64,000 nt of DNA. Origin: Blastocladiella emersonii ATCC 22665. Its lineage: Eukaryota; Fungi; Blastocladiomycota. Below the pieces are notes generated by a model. The model was given only the letters and a program-made list of their open reading frames with translations, made no database searches and was not told the DNA's origin. Shown piece by piece: positions 58,739 to 64,000 of the stretch (position 1 is the first letter of the stretch; each line of letters begins with the position of its first letter). The stretch lies in contig JANHCV010000001.1 of the NCBI GenBank assembly GCA_025594325.1, forward strand, positions 1,178,001-1,242,000, in the 5' to 3' direction. A program made the position numbers and the translations under genes.

Positions 58739-59806
58739 TCATGACCGTCTCCCACCCGTACGGCCACTGTGCGGTACGGCTGCTGCCCGGCTCCCCGCAG
58801 CCGCGTTGCCCACTTGCCGCAACGTGTCGAGGTCGCGAACCGCTTCGACAGAGTACGTGAAGCAGACCTCCATGATCCGCACGCACACCCAGCCGACCGA
58901 GTTGAACATAATGTGCGGCAGCTGGTACACGCTCGCGATCGCAGCCACGGCCACGGCGAAGGCGAGCGACGCGTACCCGGTGAAGAGCCGGAGGCGGAAC
59001 ATGGTAATTTCAAACTGCTTCTCGGCGCCGTCAACCGCGTCCTTGTCCGACGAGTCGTCCAGCTTCTCGACGCCGACCGCGGCCAGCGACGTGAACAGAG
59101 CACGGACCTTGGCCACCATCCCGCGCGCGGTGCGCTTGCGCCGCCGGAACAGCTTGAGCGAGGAGACGCCAAAGTAGATCGACCGCGCCTCGCCCTTGAA
59201 GTTGAGCGAAAAGCGCAGGACGAACATGAGCGACGCGAGCCCGAGCGCGAGCAGGGACACAAAGACGCCGAGGAAGAGTGGGTGCGCAAACTCGTCAATG
59301 AGGTACCGCGCCGATGCCGTCAGCGTGGTCCAGCTCGGGTCCGTAAAGTAGCCGACCTTGATTGCAAACTCGGCAATCTCGGTCGCGGCCTGGAGCAGCG
59401 CGAGCGCCGCCAGCAGCGTGCCCGCGGCGATCTTGGACCGCCGGACCGACAGCCCGCAGATGTCGGCGACGGCGCCGACCAGGAGCGCCGGGTAGACGGG
59501 CAGCGCGAGCGTCTCCAGTACATCGCCGGCGACACGAAGCACGCTGCCGGCGCGATAGTCGAAGGCCGCGCGCGTGAAGCCGTCGTACAGGTCGCCGCTG
59601 ACCACGTCGTCGGTGGTCACGGCCAGCGCGTAGCCAAAATGCGCAAGTTGAGCGAGCAGGATGAGGAGCCAAGCAAAGAGGTTGGTCCGGGCCCCGGATC
59701 GGCGGTGATAGCACCGTCGCCCGAACCGAATGACGAGGTAGATGGGGACCGGCAGCGTGACGGCGTGTAGGGCCACGGCCAGGTGCGCGCTGATGCGAGA
59801 TTCCAT
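58739..59806 (-). CDS. Orphan 7-TM GPCR-like protein, paralog C (about 355 aa, intronless)
   Basis: Probable ATG 59806 (MESRISAHL); ETLALPVYP, VGWVCVRIM, VGNAAAG; tandem upstream of paralog B. Confidence 0.72.
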   Translation of the reverse strand: MESRISAHLAVALHAVTLPVPIYLVIRFGRRCYHRRSGARTNLFAWLLILLAQLAHFGYALAVTTDDVVSGDLYDGFTRAAFDYRAGSVLRVAGDVLETLALPVYPALLVGAVADICGLSVRRSKIAAGTLLAALALLQAATEIAEFAIKVGYFTDPSWTTLTASARYLIDEFAHPLFLGVFVSLLALGLASLMFVLRFSLNFKGEARSIYFGVSSLKLFRRRKRTARGMVAKVRALFTSLAAVGVEKLDDSSDKDAVDGAEKQFEITMFRLRLFTGYASLAFAVAVAAIASVYQLPHIMFNSVGWVCVRIMEVCFTYSVEAVRDLDTLRQVGNAAAGSRAAAVPHSGRTGGRRS

Positions 59807-60008
59807 TGCAGAGACGTGGATCGTGGTCGCGACCACCGCCGAGGAGAGAGGGTCCTCGGCTTTGGTCGGTGGGCGAGGGATTCCGTGGTCGCGGGCAGGC
59901 CCGAATGTCTCCCACTATCGCACTTTCACGCAGCTCGGATTGATCTAGCAAAGCAAGGATTGGGATATGCATTGGTACAGGTCAAAAACGAGGAACAGGT
60001 GAGCAGCG

Positions 60009-62122
60009 CTATGCCAGCGTCATGAGGAGGGCTATCACGGCGGCCGTGATCCACGACCCGACCATAGCCAGGTTGGACGTCGCCGCCGCTCCCGGCGCTG
60101 CACGACTGGTCGTGTTCTTGGCGCCCTCGGCCGACAGCGCGTCCATGTCCTTGCGCGAGACGCCGTACAGGTGGATCGACCACGACGCCCAGTTGCCGAA
60201 ATGCGTGGTGTTGGCGTCGATGATCTCGAGGGTCCAGTCGCCCGCGACCTGCTCCTCGTCCCAGAACCGGACCGTGGTGAAGTTCCACGTGAACCAGTTG
60301 GTCAGCTTGGTCTTGTCGTCGTGGTACCGGACCGAGGTGAGGCGCGACGCGGCGCCCGACGGGCTGCGCAGCGTGTACACGAGGTACCCGAGCGCCGTCG
60401 ACGACACGTTGACCGAGACCTGGACCTGTTCGATGCGCGCGACGCCGGCGGACGCGGGCACCGTGAGCGTCGACGCGATCTTGGTCCCAGCGGGGATCGG
60501 CCGGTTCACGTCGACGGTCGGCGAGTGGTACTCGGACATGGTGGCGGGGATCTTCTTGAAGGTGCGCGCCACCTCGACAAGCTTGGCCGCGTCGAGCTTG
60601 CCGAACCCGTACCGCGGCGAGTACATGAGGTCGCCGTACGTGCGCTGCCACGACGGGTCGTTGGTGTCGATGGGCGTCGCGTGGTGCACAAGCAGCGACA
60701 TGACGTCGCGCCAGCCGAGGTCGGGGCGGACCTGTAGGATCAGGGCGACGATGCCCGCGGCGATGGGCGTCGCGGCCGAGGTCCCGCCGAACGTGGCGGT
60801 GCACCCGTCAACGCCCGTCGACGTGGTCGTCATGGCGGTCACGTCGTCCATGTAGTTGTAGCTCGAGTAGGTCGAGACGAGGATGCTCGGGCACTCCTCG
60901 GCGTAGTCGGCGGCCTTGTTGCCCATGTGGATGGCCGAAACCGCGATCGTGTAAATCGAGCTCACATAGCCATCGAATGCACTAATTGATCGAGCGGCAG
61001 TTTAGCATATATCCGTGTGTAGAGGACGTTTCAGAGCGTACCAGTTGTCGTACTCGAGCCGGCCGTTCCCGGCGGCGAACATGTAGATGCTCCCCTTGCC
61101 GCCGCGTCCCTTTCGCACGTTCTCGGCCAATGCTTTGGACAATAGCGGCCCTGGGCCGCGTGAGACGGAACCCGAGTCACTTGGGCCCCAACTACGGTTA
61201 GGCCCGTAAAAATAACATAATAATAGCGATAGCCGTTAGTGGAGGGTGTCCGACGCAGGTATGACATGAGACCGTACGAGTTCGAGTAAACGTGAACCTT
61301 GTCGATATACGCAGACAGGGCGGCGGCCTCGCGTGGATCGGCGGGCGCCGTATCGCGCTCGTTGTTGAGAATGCGAGCGCCGACGAGTTTGGCCGACGGC
61401 GCGACCCCCACCCCACAAAAGTTGTTCCGGCGCGCGAGGACCAGCCCCGCGGCCTTGGTCCCGTGGGCCTGCGTGCCGCGCGGGCGCGGCTCGGGCGTGT
61501 TGGTCACGTAGTCGTACGAGAGCTCGGGGATATACGCCTCGGCGAGGTCGCGATTCGTGAAATCGACGCCATCATCCGCAACCTGCACGACGATCCCCTG
61601 GCCGGTGATGTTCTGCGCCCACACGGGTAGCACGTTGATGTGCGTATTCGAAATGTTCTGCGTGAGGTGCCACTGCTCGCCGAACCGCGCGTCCTTGATC
61701 GACGACAGCACCGCGTTGATGGCCGGGTCGCCCGCGCGCGGCACCGACAGCGTGTCGCGGTGGACCATGCCGGGCGCCGTGGCCGGGTGCAGCGTCGCAT
61801 CGCGGACGTGCGGCAGCGACTCGAGCACGGGTTTCGCCCAGCCCTCGACGGGCGAGCCGGCCACCGACCACGGGTGCGGGACCAGGTACACGTCGTCGAG
61901 GATGCGGTGCGCCGCGACGCCGAGGCGCGAGCGGACGGCCGCGGTGAAGGCCGGAACGTCGGCGCCCGCGTCGAGCTGCACGACCCAGTCGACCTCGGCG
62001 TCCGGGCCCGTGAGAGGCGGGAGGGGCGACGGGTTGAGGGCCGCAGAGACGGACACGAGGGCGAGGAGCAGCGCGAGCAGCGTCGTCAGGCGGTTCAGGG
62101 ACCGCTGCGGCGCCGGCGCCAT
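60009..62122 (-). CDS. Kexin/furin-type subtilase (S8B) with P-domain and GPI-signal-like C-terminus, 3 exons
   Basis: Signal peptide, prodomain, VADDGVD (Asp), HGTKAAG (His), NS|WGPSD, FAAGNG (oxyanion Asn), DNC|AFDGY, FGGTSAATP (Ser), WRDV, YGFGKLDA, P-domain (IEQVQVSVN..GDWTLEIID). Two gtacg...tag introns join the frames. Confidence 0.88.
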
Positions 62123-62467
62123 GGTGCGAGTAACGTCGGTGATGGTGATGATGGTGTAGGGGCGGTCTATTGCGGCAAGTGCGGGCTCGCTATCTCTAGC
62201 GCTCGCCGTGAATCAAGTTGCATCAAGCGTAGCATGCGATACATGGCGGAAGTCGGACTGAAGGGTAGAGCGAATCCGCCAAGGTGGGACGAAGTGGCGT
62301 TGCTGTGGCGGAGGAGGCGCCGCTGCGGCTCGCTGCGTCATGAAGTCCGACTGAGGTCGATGACCTGCACGGAGACGTTGCAAACCAGCGAAACTGAGTG
62401 ATTAATGGACTAGTTCATATTACGACGGGGGGAGGGTGCAGGGTTCATGAGGTAGACGCGGGATCCG

Positions 62468-63460
62468 CTACTGCGTCTTGCCCTTGCCCTTGCCCTTACC
62501 CTTGGCGGCAGCGGCAGCAGGTACTCCCCGCTCCTCCTCGAGAGCGATATCGCGCATGAGCTGCTCGACCTGCTGCTGCTTGCCGGCGGCGTCGCGCTTC
62601 TTGCGCTCCTCCATGAGGCGCTCGAGTTCGGGGCGGTAGTCGTCCTCGTACTGCTTGCGCGCAGTGTCGAAGGCGTCGAGGACGTCGCGAGCGCCGAGCC
62701 CGGTCACGGCCGAGAACTTGACGGGGGTGAGGATGCTGTAGAACTCGTCGAGGACGAGCGACATGCTCTGGACGAACGAATGCATGTACGGCGGGTCGGC
62801 GCCCTCGGGGGTCGATGCGTGCAGGGCGGCCTGGAACGCCTCGAAATCGCGCATCCACTCCATGGCAAACTCGCACGACGTCACGTCCGACTTGTTGAAC
62901 AGCACCACGAACGGCAGCCGCGTGCGGTACAGGATCGAGCATGCGTACAGCATGTTGGACATGAAGGTCGCGGGGTTGGCGGTGCGCGGCGTGTCGACGA
63001 CAAAGGCGACGACCGTCGGGTACGTCGCAGCCAGCGTGTCGGTGATGATGGTGCCCGACGCGGACCACGTGAACACCTCGATCTGGCCGGGGGTGTCGAT
63101 GAGCACGTAGTCGACTGAGTCGGCGCGCTTGTCGAGCAGGCTGAGGACCTGGTCGAACTTGGTGGTGAACAGGTTGAGCGACGTCAGGATGGCGCCGTTC
63201 GGGCCCAGCTTGTACTGCTTCATGACCTCGCTGTACTGGACCGTGTCGCGGATGTCGATGTTGGGCGTGTACGGCAGGTGCGTCACGGCCGGGTCCAGGT
63301 TCACAATGTACGGCTTCTTGCCCTCGGCGTGCAGGTGCGAGTGCATGCGCTGCATCGTGGCCGTCTTGCCCGACCCGGCCATGCCGATGAGCAGCACGCA
63401 CGTCGGCTTCTTGCGCTCGGCACCGGGCGCGGTGGTGGCGGTGGCGGCGGTCTGCTCCAT
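62468..63460 (-). CDS. GPN1: GPN-loop GTPase 1 (Npa3/XAB1), RNA polymerase II assembly
   Basis: GMAGSGKT P-loop, [47 protein letters not shown]. Confidence 0.95.
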   Translation of the reverse strand: MEQTAATATTAPGAERKKPTCVLLIGMAGSGKTATMQRMHSHLHAEGKKPYIVNLDPAVTHLPYTPNIDIRDTVQYSEVMKQYKLGPNGAILTSLNLFTTKFDQVLSLLDKRADSVDYVLIDTPGQIEVFTWSASGTIITDTLAATYPTVVAFVVDTPRTANPATFMSNMLYACSILYRTRLPFVVLFNKSDVTSCEFAMEWMRDFEAFQAALHASTPEGADPPYMHSFVQSMSLVLDEFYSILTPVKFSAVTGLGARDVLDAFDTARKQYEDDYRPELERLMEERKKRDAAGKQQQVEQLMRDIALEEERGVPAAAAAKGKGKGKGKTQ

Positions 63461-63662
63461 GGTAGTGCGGCAAGTGGTGGGGCGATTCAAGGGTCCCTTG
63501 CTTGGCGAGGAGTGTGTTCGGGGGAGGAAGGACGACGGCTTCGAGGTCGGCCGGTCGTCGGTGGCCGCTGACACAGCTGCTCAGTCTGCCAGCTCGCGGT
63601 CGTGGAGGAAACGTGTCTATCGATTGATGCCAATGGAATAACAACACAAAAATACACTACTA

Positions 63663-64000
63663 TCACTGGTGGTGGACCGGGTGGATCTGGCGCAGCGGGA
63701 TCTCGCCCGAGCTCGCGGCCAAGTTGGCGGACGAGTCGACCATGCGCTGTGCCGGGGTCCGACTGTCGACGTAGAGGACGATGCCGCGGGATCCGGCGCG
63801 CGAGCCGTTGGCGAGATCGCGGTCGGCGCCCGAGTAGTGAGACGGGAGCACCTCGAGGTCGCGCGCGCTGGTGATCCCGGCGACCGAGATGGTCACCCCG
63901 GCGAAGCCCTTGATGTACACTTTTGCGCAGAGGAAGGCGATGTAGGTGCCGAGAAGCATTCCGGCCGTAATGTCGAGGTAGGAGTGCCTGTTATCTAGGA
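63663..64000 (-). CDS. PAP2/lipid-phosphate phosphatase family protein, 3' end only
   Basis: ...LDNRHSYLDITAGMLLGTYIAFLC matches the PAP2 C3 motif (R.xDxxHxxxDVxxG..LG) plus the last TM; the gene runs off the window. Confidence 0.65.
   Translation of the reverse strand, partial: LDNRHSYLDITAGMLLGTYIAFLCAKVYIKGFAGVTISVAGITSARDLEVLPSHYSGADRDLANGSRAGSRGIVLYVDSRTPAQRMVDSSANLAASSGEIPLRQIHPVHHQ

Noticed and set aside
21746-59806. 7-TM proteins as opsins or microbial rhodopsins
   Set aside because: TM7 carries Arg (GW..AR), not the Schiff-base Lys, and no DxxxK or NPxxY motif is present.
1-64000. Hundreds of long overlapping or antisense ORFs rich in Arg/Ala/Pro/Gly
   Set aside because: Shadow frames expected from very high GC3 coding sequence; they lack family motifs and overlap well-supported genes.
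1-64000. CRISPR arrays, rRNA, prophage or prokaryotic operon features
   Set aside because: No repeat-spacer arrays or rRNA-like sequence; the gene structure is eukaryotic with spliceosomal introns.

Overview
GC-rich eukaryotic DNA with short GT-AG introns (mostly about 55-110 nt, donors usually GTACG). It carries typically fungal genes (OLE1 desaturase fused to cytochrome b5, ISN1, Iec1-like zinc finger, kexin) beside flagellar/centriolar genes (DRC1, C2CD3-like, FSIP1-like). I infer a zoosporic fungus, most likely Blastocladiomycota-like. About 20 protein-coding genes are present. The dominant structure is an apparently perfect 5,777-bp inverted repeat (21062-26838 / 29618-35394, position x pairs with 56456-x) around a 2,779-bp unique spacer. 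The left arm is ancestral. The right arm is an inserted copy that doubles an orphan 7-TM receptor-like gene, tRNA-Pro(CGG) and an unusual tRNA-Ser with anticodon ACT. Deleting the copy restores a 10-bp hairpin at the insertion site. Other notable items: three intronless orphan GPCR-like paralogs sharing E-x3-[LI]-P-V-Y-P and G-W-x2-[AV]-R motifs; a kexin with a GPI-type C-terminus next to two of them; a metacaspase lacking both catalytic residues and fused to DxDxDG repeats; a 150-bp inverted OLE1 fragment flanked by an 8-bp direct repeat; and a spacer gene with apparent +1 frame shifts. Family assignments come from motif recognition by eye; no database searches were run.
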